DNA of 64,000 bases from Escherichia phage P896: the sequence record OL451225.1; one strand, 5' to 3'. A model generated the notes under the pieces. That model was not told the origin of the DNA. It was given only the letters and a program-made list of their open reading frames with translations, and ran no database searches. Position 1 is the first letter of the stretch. Each line of letters starts with the position of its first letter. Made by a program: the position numbers and the translations under genes. Positions 1 through 10,797 of the stretch are shown here, one piece after another.

Positions 1-513
1 CCCAGGGAATTTATGCAACTGGGTAAAGTCGCCATCTGAAGAAACAACCATAATCGGATGGCCGAGACCAGTGAGCAATTTTGTTAATACTGCAATATGG
101 TCATCAGCCTCGACTTTATCTATATTCATCACGATGTAAGGCATATGTTTTTCCATTTCATCGATGATGATGTGCATAGCAGCATGTAGACCTTCCCAAT
201 CAAATTGAGACTCTTCACGAGCTTTCGCACGGTTTTTCTTATAATAATAAGATTTTGTGCGGCGCCAATAGCCATTCTTCGAGTTATCAACACAAATAAT
301 TGGAATTGTATAACCAAGCTTCTTGAACTGCACAATATTTTTTCGGATAGAGTTCAGAACCAGATGTCTAGTCATTGCAGTTGTTACCTTCGGAAAGCCT
401 GCGTCTTTGCCGAATTCCTGGAAGGCGGCTGCCATAATAAGCTGGCTAAAATCGAGTAACAGAAAACCATCTTTTTGACGGTCTTCTTCGGGGAGTAAAA
501 AATCTAAATTCAT
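1..513 (-). CDS. rnh: RNase H (5'-3' exonuclease / flap endonuclease), N-terminal part; gene continues beyond window start
   Basis: Reverse-strand translation from ATG at 513 reads MNLDFLLPEEDRQKDGFLLLDFSQ...GYWRRTKSYYYKKNRAKAREESQFDWEG...EADDHIAVL...SSDGDFTQLHKFPG with no stop to the window edge; matches T4 RNase H as I recall it; lies directly upstream of gene 34 as in T4. Not in the ORF track because it is truncated. Confidence 0.8.
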   Translation of the reverse strand, partial: MNLDFLLPEEDRQKDGFLLLDFSQLIMAAAFQEFGKDAGFPKVTTAMTRHLVLNSIRKNIVQFKKLGYTIPIICVDNSKNGYWRRTKSYYYKKNRAKAREESQFDWEGLHAAMHIIIDEMEKHMPYIVMNIDKVEADDHIAVLTKLLTGLGHPIMVVSSDGDFTQLHKFPG

Positions 514-542
514 ATGAACCTCTGTTCAATTAGTTGACTCGA

Positions 543-571
543 TTATATTAGCATAAAATTTTTAAAGCAAT
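543..571 (-). promoter_or_regulatory. Putative MotA-box middle promoter for rnh (TGCTTTA box plus TATAAT)
   Basis: Minus strand reads tatTGCTTTAaaaattttatgctaaTATAATcgag about 30 nt upstream of the rnh ATG; the box-to-minus-10 spacing is slightly longer than the recalled consensus. Confidence 0.3.
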
Positions 572-578
572 ATAAATA
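571..578 (+). promoter_or_regulatory. T4-type late promoter (TATAAATA) for gene 34
   Basis: Exact TATAAATA 30 nt upstream of the gene 34 ATG; SD AGGA at 597-600. Confidence 0.7.
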
Positions 579-608
579 CACGTATACCAATCAATAAGGA
601 TAAAGCAC

Positions 609-3600
609 ATGGCCGATATTTTAAAACCAGCATTCAGAGCAACATCCGGTCTCGATGCTGCTGGTGAGAAAGTCATTAATGTCGCGAAAGCTGATTACTC
701 AGTTTTATCAGACGGCGTTAACGTAGATTTCTTTATAGAAGAAAACACAGTTCAACAATATGATGCGACACGAGGATACAAAAAGAACTTTGCAGTTATT
801 AACGATAACCGTATTTGGGTTGCTCAACGTGATATCGCGGCTCCGGCAGGGACATTTACCCCTCAGTATTGGTTAGCAACCCGTACTGACCCGAAATGGG
901 AAACTGTTGCATCTCCAACTCGTCAGCTTAGCTCGGGTGAATTTATCGCGGTCGACTCAGCTGCAAGCTTTACCACATTTACATTGCCTCCGAACCCGAC
1001 TGATGGTGATACCATCGTTATTAAAGATATCGGTGGCAATACCGGTTATAATGAAATCAAAGTTCAATCGAGCAATGTACCTGGTCAAGGTAACCAAAAG
1101 ATTGTTCGTTTCGGTAACCAATTTACTGAAATATTAATCAGTAAGCCGTTCTCTTACAACATGCTTATTTTCTCCAACCGCTTATGGCAGTTCTGGGAAG
1201 CAGGTAACGAAGAACGCGGAATAAGAATTGAACCAAGCTCTGGCAAATATCGAACTCAAGCATCAGATTTTATTATGCGTCATTATACGACTGCAGAAAA
1301 AATTACATTTATTCTTCCTAAGTATGCTAACCAAGGTGATATTATTAAATCTGTTGATATAGATGGATTAGGCCCATTATATCACCTGGATGTTGAAACG
1401 TTTGACGAGTCAAGTTCTCTGGGTAAACAAGGCCAACACAGTATGGAATTCCGTACTACTGGTGATGGTTTCTTCGTTTATAATGCCACCGAAAAATTGT
1501 GGGTGACCTGGGACGGTGATAATAAAACTCGTTTGCGTGTAATTCGTGACAATGTGAAATTGTTACCAAACGAAAGTATCATCGTGTTCGGTAATGATAA
1601 CAACACTGCGCAGACAATTAACATCGACCTTCCGACGGGTGTTCGTCCAGGTGATGTTGTTAAGATTGCTCTGAACTATCTCCGTAAGGCACAGACTGTT
1701 AATATTAAAGCTTCGGGTACTGATAAAATTGCATCTTCTGTTCAGTTGCTTCAGTTCCCGAAACGTTCGGAATATCCGCCGGATACTGAATGGGTACTGG
1801 TTGACTCTTTGACTTTCAATGGTAACATAAGTTATACTCCGGTTATTGAATTAAGTTACATGGAAGATACAGATAAAGGAATTAACTATTGGGTTGTTGC
1901 TCAGAACGTTCCGACTGTTGAGCGTGTTGACTCGAAGGATGATTTGACCCGTGCTCGCCTGGGTGTTATTGCATTGGCTAACCAGGCTCAGGCTAACGTT
2001 GACCATGAAAATAACCCTGAAAAAGAATTAGCAATTACTCCGCAGACTTTAGCTAACCGTGTGGCTACTGAATCACGTCGTGGTATTGCACGAATTGCTA
2101 ACACTGCCCAGGTAAACCAGGATACGACTTTTGCTTTCCAGGATGATATTATTATCTCTCCGAAAAAGTTAAACGAACGTACAGCTACTGAAACAAGACG
2201 TGGGCTTGCAGAAATCGCCACACAGCAAGAAACTGATGCAGGCACAGATGATACTACCATCATCACTCCACGTAAGCTACAAGCTCGTCAGGGCTCAGAA
2301 AGCCTATCTGGTATCGTTAAGTATGTTCCTACTACCGGGACTACTCCAGCAGCAAGCCGTATAACTGTTGGGACCAACGTTTATAATAAAAATACAACTA
2401 CTCTGGTAATTTCTCCGAAAGCTTTGGACCAATATAAAGCTGACCAGAACAACCAAGGTGCTGTATATTTGGCCACACAGTCAGAAGTTAACGCGGGGGC
2501 AACAAATACAGGATTCAGTAACTCGGTCGTGACTCCGGAAACATTAGGTGCACGCAGAGCAACAGATTCAAACCATGGTTTAATCGAGATTGCAACTCAG
2601 GCTGAAACTAATGCCGGAACCGATTATACCAGAGCTGTGACTCCTAAAACGTTGAATGACCGTAAAGCATCAGAATCATTATCCGGCATAGCCGAGATTG
2701 CTACGCAATCAGAATTTGATACTGGCACGGATGATACTCGTATCGCAACGCCATTAAAAATTAAAACTAGACTTAATAATACTGCTCGTACTTCTGTTAT
2801 TGCAGCAAGTGGTTTAGTAGAAACAGGGACGCTCTGGGACCATTATACGCTGAATATTCTTGAAGCAAATGAGACTCAACGTGGCACTGCAAGACTGGCT
2901 ACTCAACTTGAAGTTAATACCGGTACTGACGATAAAACAATCGTTACTCCGCTTAAGTTGATGTCGAAAAAAGCCACAGAAAGTACAGAAGGTATTGTTC
3001 GCATCGCTACTCGTGCAGAAACTATCACAGGAACAAGTTCGATTCTTGCTGTTTCTCCGGTTAGTCTGAAATGGATTGCACAGTCCGAACCAACATGGGC
3101 AGCAACCACGACGACCCGCGGTTTTGCTAAGATGTCCGAAGGCGCAATTACTTTTGTCGGTAATGCAACTGCAGGTTCGACCCAGGCTCTTGACCTGTAC
3201 GAGAAAAATAGCTATGCTATCTCTCCGTACGAGTTAAACAAAACTCTTGGTAACTTCCTGCCGCGGCTGGCTAAAGCAGCAGACTCGGATAAACTGGATA
3301 ACCTGGATAGCACGCAGTTTATTCGTCGTGATGTAGCACAAGATATTAATGCTAATATGACATTCAAACAGCCTGTTAGAATTGAAAGTACTTTAACAGT
3401 TACCGGCGTAGTTAATTTGAGTGGTTCTGTTACTTCAAATAATACTACATTAACCGGTGCTACTGCAATCAATAGCAATTCTACTGTAGGTGCTTTGAAT
3501 TACATTGAGTTCACTTCAGAATCTCAAGGTGCGGGTACTTGGAACTCTCAACATGATAGTAATGTTAAAGCTCCTGTATTTTTAAATATAACTACTCCGT

Positions 3601-4484
3601 CTGGCTCATCTAAATACGTTCCTTTAATTAAGCAACGTTATAAAGATGGGACATTTACCTTTGGTACATTGATAAATGAACCTACCTCAAATGATGAAGG
3701 TGCTTTTGTTCTTCATTATATAGATGCAGTAAAAACCCAGCGTAAATGGACCTTTAGACGGAATGGTGATTTAGAAATAACTGCAGGTAATTTCGTTATT
3801 GGTAATGGGTCTGCTGTAATTAATGGTGGTCTTAATGTTACTAAAGCTTCTGGTATTACAACCACTGGGCTAGTTGCCAATAGTGAATCCAGATTCGAAG
3901 GTGCTGTTGCTATTAACAACTTCCTTACGGTAAGCAACAAAGCTACACTTAACAACGGCTTAGCTGTTCAGAAATATGCAAGGGTTACAGGCGATAAGAC
4001 TTCTGACATCTATAACAGAAAACCTACAATGGATACTGTCGGCTTCTGGTCCGTTGATATCGATGACCCTGCTACATATAATCAGTTCCCGGGCTATTTC
4101 AAAATGGTCGAAAAGACTAACGAAGTAACTGGTCTGCCTTATTTGGAGCGTGGTGAAGAAGTTAAATCACCTGGCACATTGACTCAGTTTGGCAACACGC
4201 TGAATTCACTCTATCAAGACTGGATTACTTATCCGAATACTGCTAATGCCAGCACCACTCGTTGGACTCGTACATGGCAGCAGAACAAAAACGCGTGGTC
4301 TGGTTTTGTTCAGGTCTTTGATGGAGGTAACCCACCTCAGCCGTCGGATATTGGTGCATTGCCTGCTGATAACGCTTCGATGAGTAACCTGACTATCAGG
4401 GATTGGTTAAGAATCGGTAACGTACGTATTGTTCCGGACCCAGTAACCAAATCCGTTAAATTCGAATGGATTGATACACCATAA
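609..4484 (+). CDS. 34: Long tail fiber proximal subunit gp34
   Basis: 1291 aa ORF (T4 gp34 about 1289 aa); first gene of a 34-35-36-37-38 block; repetitive fibrous sequence (RxxGIARIAxxAE-type repeats). Confidence 0.9.
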   Translation: MADILKPAFRATSGLDAAGEKVINVAKADYSVLSDGVNVDFFIEENTVQQYDATRGYKKNFAVINDNRIWVAQRDIAAPAGTFTPQYWLATRTDPKWETVASPTRQLSSGEFIAVDSAASFTTFTLPPNPTDGDTIVIKDIGGNTGYNEIKVQSSNVPGQGNQKIVRFGNQFTEILISKPFSYNMLIFSNRLWQFWEAGNEERGIRIEPSSGKYRTQASDFIMRHYTTAEKITFILPKYANQGDIIKSVDIDGLGPLYHLDVETFDESSSLGKQGQHSMEFRTTGDGFFVYNATEKLWVTWDGDNKTRLRVIRDNVKLLPNESIIVFGNDNNTAQTINIDLPTGVRPGDVVKIALNYLRKAQTVNIKASGTDKIASSVQLLQFPKRSEYPPDTEWVLVDSLTFNGNISYTPVIELSYMEDTDKGINYWVVAQNVPTVERVDSKDDLTRARLGVIALANQAQANVDHENNPEKELAITPQTLANRVATESRRGIARIANTAQVNQDTTFAFQDDIIISPKKLNERTATETRRGLAEIATQQETDAGTDDTTIITPRKLQARQGSESLSGIVKYVPTTGTTPAASRITVGTNVYNKNTTTLVISPKALDQYKADQNNQGAVYLATQSEVNAGATNTGFSNSVVTPETLGARRATDSNHGLIEIATQAETNAGTDYTRAVTPKTLNDRKASESLSGIAEIATQSEFDTGTDDTRIATPLKIKTRLNNTARTSVIAASGLVETGTLWDHYTLNILEANETQRGTARLATQLEVNTGTDDKTIVTPLKLMSKKATESTEGIVRIATRAETITGTSSILAVSPVSLKWIAQSEPTWAATTTTRGFAKMSEGAITFVGNATAGSTQALDLYEKNSYAISPYELNKTLGNFLPRLAKAADSDKLDNLDSTQFIRRDVAQDINANMTFKQPVRIESTLTVTGVVNLSGSVTSNNTTLTGATAINSNSTVGALNYIEFTSESQGAGTWNSQHDSNVKAPVFLNITTPSGSSKYVPLIKQRYKDGTFTFGTLINEPTSNDEGAFVLHYIDAVKTQRKWTFRRNGDLEITAGNFVIGNGSAVINGGLNVTKASGITTTGLVANSESRFEGAVAINNFLTVSNKATLNNGLAVQKYARVTGDKTSDIYNRKPTMDTVGFWSVDIDDPATYNQFPGYFKMVEKTNEVTGLPYLERGEEVKSPGTLTQFGNTLNSLYQDWITYPNTANASTTRWTRTWQQNKNAWSGFVQVFDGGNPPQPSDIGALPADNASMSNLTIRDWLRIGNVRIVPDPVTKSVKFEWIDTP

Positions 4485-4492
4485 GAGGTATT

Positions 4493-5629
4493 ATGGAAAG
4501 ATTTATGGCTGAATTTGGACAGGGATATGTCCAAGTTCCCGTGCTTTCTGAAAATAACGCAGTAAGATATAAATTGTCGATTGCTGGGACTTGTACCAAA
4601 TCGCCAAACTATCCCTACGTTAAGTTTCAAGATGAGGCCTTCGGGCCTCAGAACTTCCAGAATGGATTAAACCTTATTGAGATTGACCCTGTAACAAATA
4701 CAATCACTGCAACCAAAAGTTATGGCTTCACAAAAGACTACGATGTTATTTCGCAGGCTTTTGTGGCTTATATTAATTCCATCCCGGCGGGTAGGATTGT
4801 TTGTTTGATATCACAGGGGAAATTGAATGCTTCTCAAACTTTAATTGATTGGTTCAGAACACACGGCTCGACTGCATTCCCGGATAAGTGGCTGATTGAC
4901 CAAGTTGATACTTCATATTCGGCATTTTATATAACTGGTCGAAATGCAATCGTTAAAGAGCATGTGTTGTATAATGACGGGAAAACTGTTGAGGATGTAT
5001 TGACTCCATTGGAAATGGTGTATGACAACTTTGCTGATGTGGGCGGCACAGGGTTCCCTCTGCGCATCGTGGAAGACGAAAACACATATTACAGTAATAG
5101 TACACAAGAAATAAAACGTTTCCCCACAGACTCTCCTATCACTCCTGCGGCCGATTATAATATGGCCCCTGGTGATACTTTTTACCTGAAGTTTCAGCTG
5201 ACATATGACCAGGCACTTAAAGACCTTGGAACAACTCAGATGTCTGTTCGATTCTTTAATGGTCAGACGATGATTCAGTCAAACGATTATGATATCCCAT
5301 CTTCAGGACAAGCAAGCCCACCGGCTGGTGCATGGATGACGTTTGAACGTTATGTAGTTGTTCCACCGAATGCTGATGGATTTACACTGTACGCAAGGAA
5401 GACTGTTACTGCTGGACAAGGTGGAGTAAGGAATATTTTCTTTACAGAAATCGCGCGACAAGAAACACAAGCTAAATCCGCGGAAATCGGTGTCAACGGT
5501 ATAAGAATGGTTGTAGCTGGAGAACCAGGAAATCTTGGTAATGTCATTGCACAATTGAATGATAAAAATGCAACTAAAGCAAGTCAGTCTGGATTTGTAT
5601 TTGCCGCAGAATTCCGTGAAAAAGAATAA
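4493..5629 (+). CDS. 35: Long tail fiber hinge protein gp35
   Basis: 378 aa ORF immediately after 34 (T4 gp35 about 372 aa); SD aagagg upstream. Confidence 0.85.
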   Translation: MERFMAEFGQGYVQVPVLSENNAVRYKLSIAGTCTKSPNYPYVKFQDEAFGPQNFQNGLNLIEIDPVTNTITATKSYGFTKDYDVISQAFVAYINSIPAGRIVCLISQGKLNASQTLIDWFRTHGSTAFPDKWLIDQVDTSYSAFYITGRNAIVKEHVLYNDGKTVEDVLTPLEMVYDNFADVGGTGFPLRIVEDENTYYSNSTQEIKRFPTDSPITPAADYNMAPGDTFYLKFQLTYDQALKDLGTTQMSVRFFNGQTMIQSNDYDIPSSGQASPPAGAWMTFERYVVVPPNADGFTLYARKTVTAGQGGVRNIFFTEIARQETQAKSAEIGVNGIRMVVAGEPGNLGNVIAQLNDKNATKASQSGFVFAAEFREKE

Positions 5630-5650
5630 GGACCTTCGGGTCCTTTTTTC
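5629..5650 (+). terminator. Intrinsic terminator-like hairpin after gene 35
   Basis: aggaccttcgggtcct hairpin followed by a T-run, just after the gp35 stop. Confidence 0.6.
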
Positions 5651-5652
5651 AT

Positions 5653-5660
5653 TATAAATA
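5653..5660 (+). promoter_or_regulatory. T4-type late promoter (TATAAATA) for gene 36
   Basis: Exact TATAAATA 25 nt upstream of the gene 36 ATG. Confidence 0.65.
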
Positions 5661-5685
5661 CTCTTATCTAATAAAGGGGAATAAT

Positions 5686-6333
5686 ATGGCCGATTTAAGA
5701 GTAGGCTCAACGACTGGAGGCTCAGTTATCTGGCACCAGGGTAACTTTCCGTTGACGCCAGTAAGCAATGATTTATTTTACAAAACATATAAAGTATATA
5801 CAGAATTCAATAAACCACAGGCAGCAGATAACGACTTTGTTTCAAAGGCTCTTGGTGGTAATTATAAAGCAAACGTATATTTCGAGCAAGGTCTGACCTT
5901 TAACGATACAAATGGTTATGGCATTAAACTCGGAGCAAGAACTGGTGGTGCACCATTTACGGCTTCATTCCGTATAAAAGGTCCGTTTGGTTTCGAAACC
6001 GAAACAGGCACGCCATTTATTATTTTTGACCCTGATACTACAACCGGAGCCAAAAGATTCACGGTTATGGGTGATACGCTGGCTCGTCAAGTTTATGATG
6101 ATTCGGGTCGTGTATTTTCCCCAGGGAATACTCCGTCAAAAGCACAAGTTGGATTAAGTGATGTGGATAACGCAAAACAGGTCCAAATAAATAATAGTAA
6201 CATACAATCTATGGCTGGCGTTCTTTCAGCCCCCAATTTTATATCTAGGAGCCCAGGTACATTGAACGAACACGTTCCTCGTATTGACCAGGTTGTTCTT
6301 AGAGGTACATCTGAAGATTTTGGATATTATTAA
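5686..6333 (+). CDS. 36: Long tail fiber distal-half connector gp36
   Basis: 215 aa ORF (T4 gp36 about 221 aa) between 35 and 37. Confidence 0.85.
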   Translation: MADLRVGSTTGGSVIWHQGNFPLTPVSNDLFYKTYKVYTEFNKPQAADNDFVSKALGGNYKANVYFEQGLTFNDTNGYGIKLGARTGGAPFTASFRIKGPFGFETETGTPFIIFDPDTTTGAKRFTVMGDTLARQVYDDSGRVFSPGNTPSKAQVGLSDVDNAKQVQINNSNIQSMAGVLSAPNFISRSPGTLNEHVPRIDQVVLRGTSEDFGYY

Positions 6334-6341
6334 GAGGCATT

Positions 6342-9300
6342 ATGGCTACTTTAAAATCGATACAATTTAAAAGAAGTAAAACACCAGGAGCCAAGCCTAC
6401 TGCAGCTCAGTTAGATGAAGGCGAACTGGCTATTAACTTGCGTGACCGTACTATTTTTACCAAGTCAGACCAGGGACAGATTATTGATTTAGGCTTTGCT
6501 AAAGGTGGTACTATTGATGGTGATGTGACTATTAATGGTAAATTTACTTTAAATGGTGCGCATGTTCAGACATTAGGTGGTATTAATACTACTGGCGGAA
6601 TTTATTCCGGCGCGGATGTGAGTGCATTGATTTATCGTGCTCGAAATGGTTCGTTTTATTCTAGAGCGTCGAATGATACTTCTAATGCTCATTTGTGGTT
6701 TGAAAATACCAACGGTTCTGAACGCGGTGTTTTATATGCCAAACCCCAGCTTGAAAATGAAGGCGTAATTACCATGCGCGTTCGCCAGGGTACTGCTGCC
6801 GGTGCGCAAAATTCAGAGTTCCATTTTATTTCTAATGATGGTGGTATTTTCCAGGCACGCAAATTAACTGCTTTAACTTCTATTAGTACACCAACTATTA
6901 GTGTTAATTTAATTAATCATGATTCAAAAACATTTGGACAATACGACAGTCAATCTTTAGTTAACTACGTATATCCAGGCACCGGCGAAACAAATGGTGT
7001 AAACTATCTTCGTAAAGTTCGAGCTAAATCAGGCGGAACCATTTATCATGAAATTTGTACGGCTCAAACAGATCAGGCAGATGAGGTTTCTTGGTGGTCC
7101 GGTAATACACCATCATTTAAATTATATGGTATTCGTAATGACGGCCGAATGATCGTCCGCAATAGCGTAGCCATCGGGACCGTGACTGCAGGATACCCGT
7201 CAAGCGACTATGGTAATGGTGCCGCTTTAGGATTCGGTGTTTATTTAGCTCTAGGCGATAACGGGACGGGGCTGTCATACAAAAAAACCGGTGTATTTGA
7301 TTTAGTTGGTTCAGGGAATTCTGTCGCATCTATTACTCCAGATAGTTTCCGTAGTACTCGTAAAGGTATATTTGGTTGTTCAGAAGACCAAGGCACCACA
7401 TGGATTATGCCTGGCACTAATGCCGCTTTCTTGTCTGTTCAAACACAAGCTGATAATAACAATGCTGGAGACGGACAAACTCATATTGGATACAATGCTG
7501 GCGGTAAAATGAGTCATTATTTCCGCGGTAAAGGCAAAACTAATATTAATACTCAGGAAGGTGTAGACGTTAACCCTGGTATATTGAAGTTAACCACCGG
7601 CAGTGAAAGTATTAGCTTTAATGCCGCAACTGGAAGTATTAATTCTACATTAGCTTTTCGTCTTAATAAAGGCATAATTATTGACGGACCTGATAATCAG
7701 GGATTCCAGTTTAACGCCCCGACGGCCGCAGATGGTACTAGAAGTATATACTGGAATAGTGGTACTCTCGCAGGTCAAAACAAAAACCCTGTTACAGTTA
7801 AAGTGTGGGGTAATTCATTTAACGCATCTGGTGATCGTAATCGTGAAACCGTTTTTGAAGTAGCTGATGGGCAAGGTTATTATTTTTACGCTCAACGTAC
7901 TAATCCTGCATCAGGTCAAACGGTAGGTCCGGTCAACTTTAAATTTAACGGAACTGTCGAAACAGGTCATATCATAGGCCTTGGAAATATAAGTGCCTCC
8001 GGTACAGGTTCTTTCGGTGGCAATGTTACCATGTCTAATGGTTTGTTTGTCCAAGGTGGTTCTTCTATTACTGGACAAGTTAAAATCGGCGGAACAGCAG
8101 ATGCATTAAGAATTTGGAATGCTGAATATGGCGCTATTTTCCGTCGTTCAGAAAGTAACTTTTATATTCTTCCAACCAATCAAAATGAAGGCGAAAGTGG
8201 AGACATTCACAGCTCTTTGAGACCTGTGAGAATAGGATTAAACGATGGCATGGTTGGGTTAGGAAGAGATTCTTTTATAGTAGATCAAAATAACGCTTTA
8301 ACTACAATAAACAGTAACTCTCGCATTAATGCCAACTTTAAAATGCAATTGGGACAGTCGACATACATTTATGCAGAATGTACTGATGCTGTTCGTCCAG
8401 CAGGGTGTGGTTCCTTTGCATCACAGAATAATGAAAACGTCCGTGCTCCGATTTATATGAATATAGAGCGTACTGCTACTTCTGAATATATTCCTATTGT
8501 TAAACAGCGGTATGTTAAGGGTAACGGTTGCTATTCATTAGGGACTTTAATTAATAATGGTAACTTTAGAGTTCATTATCATGGTGGCGGAGATAATGGT
8601 TCAACAGGACCACAGACAGCTGATTTTGGATGGGAATTTATTAAAAACGGTGATTTTATTTCTCCTGGTAGAATTATTGCCGGTGCTGCTATTCTTGGCA
8701 CTGATGGTAATATCACCGGTGGCTCTGGTAACTTTGCTAACTTAAACAGTACAATTGAATCACTTAAAACTGATATTGTTTCAAGTTATCCTATTGGAGC
8801 CCCAATTCCATGGCCAACGGATACTCCTCCTAATGGTTATGCTTTGATGGAAGGTCAGACCTTTGATACTGCAGCTTATCCTAAGCTCGCTATCGCATAT
8901 CCTACAGGTACTATTCCGGATATGCGTGGACAAACTATCAAGGGTAAGCCAAGTGGGCGTGCTGTGTTGAGTGCAGAAGCTGATGGTATTAAGTCCCATA
9001 CCCATGGTGCATCTGCTTCGAGTACTGACTTGGGCACTAAAACCACATCAAGCTTTGATTATGGCACTAAAACATCTTCAAGCTTTGATTATGGTACTAA
9101 AACTACCAACACCACAGGTAACCATAACCATAGTGTTAGTGGTAATACCAACACCACAGGTAACCATAGCCATAGAGATGGACGTCGATTTAACCCCAGT
9201 ATTTTTAAAGATACTTATCAATATGGTTATACAAGCTCAGGTCAAAATAACTGGGGTGTACAAGGCTCAGTAGGTATGTCTATGGGGTGGTTAGCGAATA

Positions 9301-9530
9301 CCAGTACAGATGGTAATCATAGCCACTCGTTCTCGGCTACTACTAACACAACAGGTAACCACGCTCATACTGTTGGTATCGGTGCCCATACTCACACTGT
9401 AGGTATCGGCGCTCACACTCACACGGTAGCGATTGGTTCACATGGACACTCTGTTACCATTAACAGCACCGGTAATACAGAAAACACGGTTAAAAACATT
9501 GCTTTTAACTATATCGTTCGTTTAGCATAA
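6342..9530 (+). CDS. 37: Long tail fiber distal subunit gp37 (receptor-binding fiber, T4 type with His-box tip)
   Basis: 1062 aa ORF; C-terminal region has GNHSHS / [34 protein letters not shown] His-x-His repeats and ends [11 protein letters not shown], as I recall for T4 gp37; a phage tail collar-like motif ([23 protein letters not shown]) precedes it. Confidence 0.9.
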   Translation: MATLKSIQFKRSKTPGAKPTAAQLDEGELAINLRDRTIFTKSDQGQIIDLGFAKGGTIDGDVTINGKFTLNGAHVQTLGGINTTGGIYSGADVSALIYRARNGSFYSRASNDTSNAHLWFENTNGSERGVLYAKPQLENEGVITMRVRQGTAAGAQNSEFHFISNDGGIFQARKLTALTSISTPTISVNLINHDSKTFGQYDSQSLVNYVYPGTGETNGVNYLRKVRAKSGGTIYHEICTAQTDQADEVSWWSGNTPSFKLYGIRNDGRMIVRNSVAIGTVTAGYPSSDYGNGAALGFGVYLALGDNGTGLSYKKTGVFDLVGSGNSVASITPDSFRSTRKGIFGCSEDQGTTWIMPGTNAAFLSVQTQADNNNAGDGQTHIGYNAGGKMSHYFRGKGKTNINTQEGVDVNPGILKLTTGSESISFNAATGSINSTLAFRLNKGIIIDGPDNQGFQFNAPTAADGTRSIYWNSGTLAGQNKNPVTVKVWGNSFNASGDRNRETVFEVADGQGYYFYAQRTNPASGQTVGPVNFKFNGTVETGHIIGLGNISASGTGSFGGNVTMSNGLFVQGGSSITGQVKIGGTADALRIWNAEYGAIFRRSESNFYILPTNQNEGESGDIHSSLRPVRIGLNDGMVGLGRDSFIVDQNNALTTINSNSRINANFKMQLGQSTYIYAECTDAVRPAGCGSFASQNNENVRAPIYMNIERTATSEYIPIVKQRYVKGNGCYSLGTLINNGNFRVHYHGGGDNGSTGPQTADFGWEFIKNGDFISPGRIIAGAAILGTDGNITGGSGNFANLNSTIESLKTDIVSSYPIGAPIPWPTDTPPNGYALMEGQTFDTAAYPKLAIAYPTGTIPDMRGQTIKGKPSGRAVLSAEADGIKSHTHGASASSTDLGTKTTSSFDYGTKTSSSFDYGTKTTNTTGNHNHSVSGNTNTTGNHSHRDGRRFNPSIFKDTYQYGYTSSGQNNWGVQGSVGMSMGWLANTSTDGNHSHSFSATTNTTGNHAHTVGIGAHTHTVGIGAHTHTVAIGSHGHSVTINSTGNTENTVKNIAFNYIVRLA

Positions 9531-9557
9531 GGAGAGGGGCTTAGGCCCCTTCTGAAT
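9531..9557 (+). promoter_or_regulatory. Translation-initiation-region hairpin of gene 38 (split ribosome binding site)
   Basis: GGAG at 9531-9534, then a 6 bp stem/tetraloop hairpin (AGGGGC tta g GCCCCT, 9535-9550), then 7 nt to the ATG at 9558; linear SD-ATG spacing is 23 nt. Confidence 0.55.
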
Positions 9558-10103
9558 ATGAAAATTTATCATTTTTATTTTGACACAAAAGAATTTTACA
9601 AAGAAGAAAATTATAAACCAGTTAAAGGCCTTGGTCTCCCGGCCCATTCAACAGCTAAAAAGCCTTTAGAACCTAAAGAAGGATATGCAGTTGTATTTGA
9701 TGAACGCATTCAAGATTGGATTTATGAAGAAGACCATCGAGGCAAACGTGCATGGACTTTTAATAAAGAAGAAATCTTAATAAATGACATAGGAAGCCCA
9801 GTCGGTATAACTTTCGATAAACCTGGCGAGTTTGATATATGGACAGATGATGGCTGGAAAGAAGATGAAACATATAAACGAGTGATGATTCGCAATCGAA
9901 AAATTGACGATTTGTATAAAGAATTCCAGGTATTAAGTAATATGGTTGAAGCCTCAGTCGCCGATAAGAAAGAAAAATTCTATCACCAGAATCTTAAACG
10001 TTTCTTTGCTCTTTTAGAAAAACACGAACACCTCGGTGGTGAATTCCCGGCTTGGCCAGAAAAAGAGAAAAAATCATTCTTCAAAAGATGGTTTAAAAAA
10101 TAG
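9558..10103 (+). CDS. 38: gp38, T4-type tail fiber assembly chaperone (short form, not the T2-type adhesin)
   Basis: 181 aa ORF directly after 37 (T4 gp38 about 183 aa; the T2-type adhesin is about 260 aa). Confidence 0.85.
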   Translation: MKIYHFYFDTKEFYKEENYKPVKGLGLPAHSTAKKPLEPKEGYAVVFDERIQDWIYEEDHRGKRAWTFNKEEILINDIGSPVGITFDKPGEFDIWTDDGWKEDETYKRVMIRNRKIDDLYKEFQVLSNMVEASVADKKEKFYHQNLKRFFALLEKHEHLGGEFPAWPEKEKKSFFKRWFKK

Positions 10104-10117
10104 TAGCACAAAAGCAT

Positions 10118-10125
10118 TATAAATA
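10118..10125 (+). promoter_or_regulatory. T4-type late promoter (TATAAATA) for holin gene t
   Basis: Exact TATAAATA 18 nt upstream of the t ATG; SD aaggag. Confidence 0.65.
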
Positions 10126-10143
10126 TCTTTAAAGGAGAAAAGT

Positions 10144-10797
10144 ATGGAACCAAAAGTAGGATTTTCATTATCAGACCTACTTTTTGGACTTCTTGATAGA
10201 ATTTTTAAAGATAATGCGACCGGGAAAGTTGTTTTTTCCCGGGTACTAGTTATTGTTCTATTATTTTTAATGGCGGTAATCTGGTATAAAGGTGATGCAA
10301 TTTTAGATGCGTACAGGGATGCTTCATATGCCTCGTACACAGAAATGATAAGGCAAGACCAGGATAACAGATTTAAAATTGCAGCTATCGAGCAAATCCA
10401 GATAGTTCACTCATCAAGCGGGGCTGACTTCACGGCGATATATTCTTTTAGACCAACTAACCTTAACTACTTTGTGGATATGGTAGGGTACGAGGGGATA
10501 TTACCTGAATCAGTTGATGAAAAAAATTTGGGTGGGTTTCCAATAGATAAGACTTCAGCAGAATATTTGGCGGGGGTTAATGGTAATTATTTTGAATCCA
10601 GTACGGAATCTGTATTCTTACCAACAAAGAAAAAAAGCAGCTTCGCATATATGTTTAGCTGCCCATTCTTTAATTTGGAAAACGTTTATGCAGGTACAGT
10701 CTCGCTGTACTGGTATAAGCAAAAACCTATCCTTGGTTTTGATAGGCTTTCTGCTATGTGTGGACAAGCAGGTCGTACGCTTGGGCGTACACGTTAG
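10144..10797 (+). CDS. t: Holin T (lysis timing / lysis inhibition)
   Basis: 217 aa (T4 T about 218 aa); N-terminal TM segment (VLVIVLLFLMAVIWY) followed by a large periplasmic domain; position after 38. Confidence 0.9.
   Translation: MEPKVGFSLSDLLFGLLDRIFKDNATGKVVFSRVLVIVLLFLMAVIWYKGDAILDAYRDASYASYTEMIRQDQDNRFKIAAIEQIQIVHSSSGADFTAIYSFRPTNLNYFVDMVGYEGILPESVDEKNLGGFPIDKTSAEYLAGVNGNYFESSTESVFLPTKKKSSFAYMFSCPFFNLENVYAGTVSLYWYKQKPILGFDRLSAMCGQAGRTLGRTR

Noticed and set aside
609-4484. Replication origin ori(34) or an internal MotA-box promoter within gene 34
   Set aside because: TGCTT-containing sites inside gene 34 (e.g. near 1170 and 3270) lack a correctly spaced minus-10 element; I cannot place an origin from sequence alone.
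8990-9460. Short tandem repeats that could be mistaken for a CRISPR-like or VNTR array
   Set aside because: They are in frame inside gene 37 and encode the His-box and GTKT repeats of the fibre tip; no spacer/repeat architecture.
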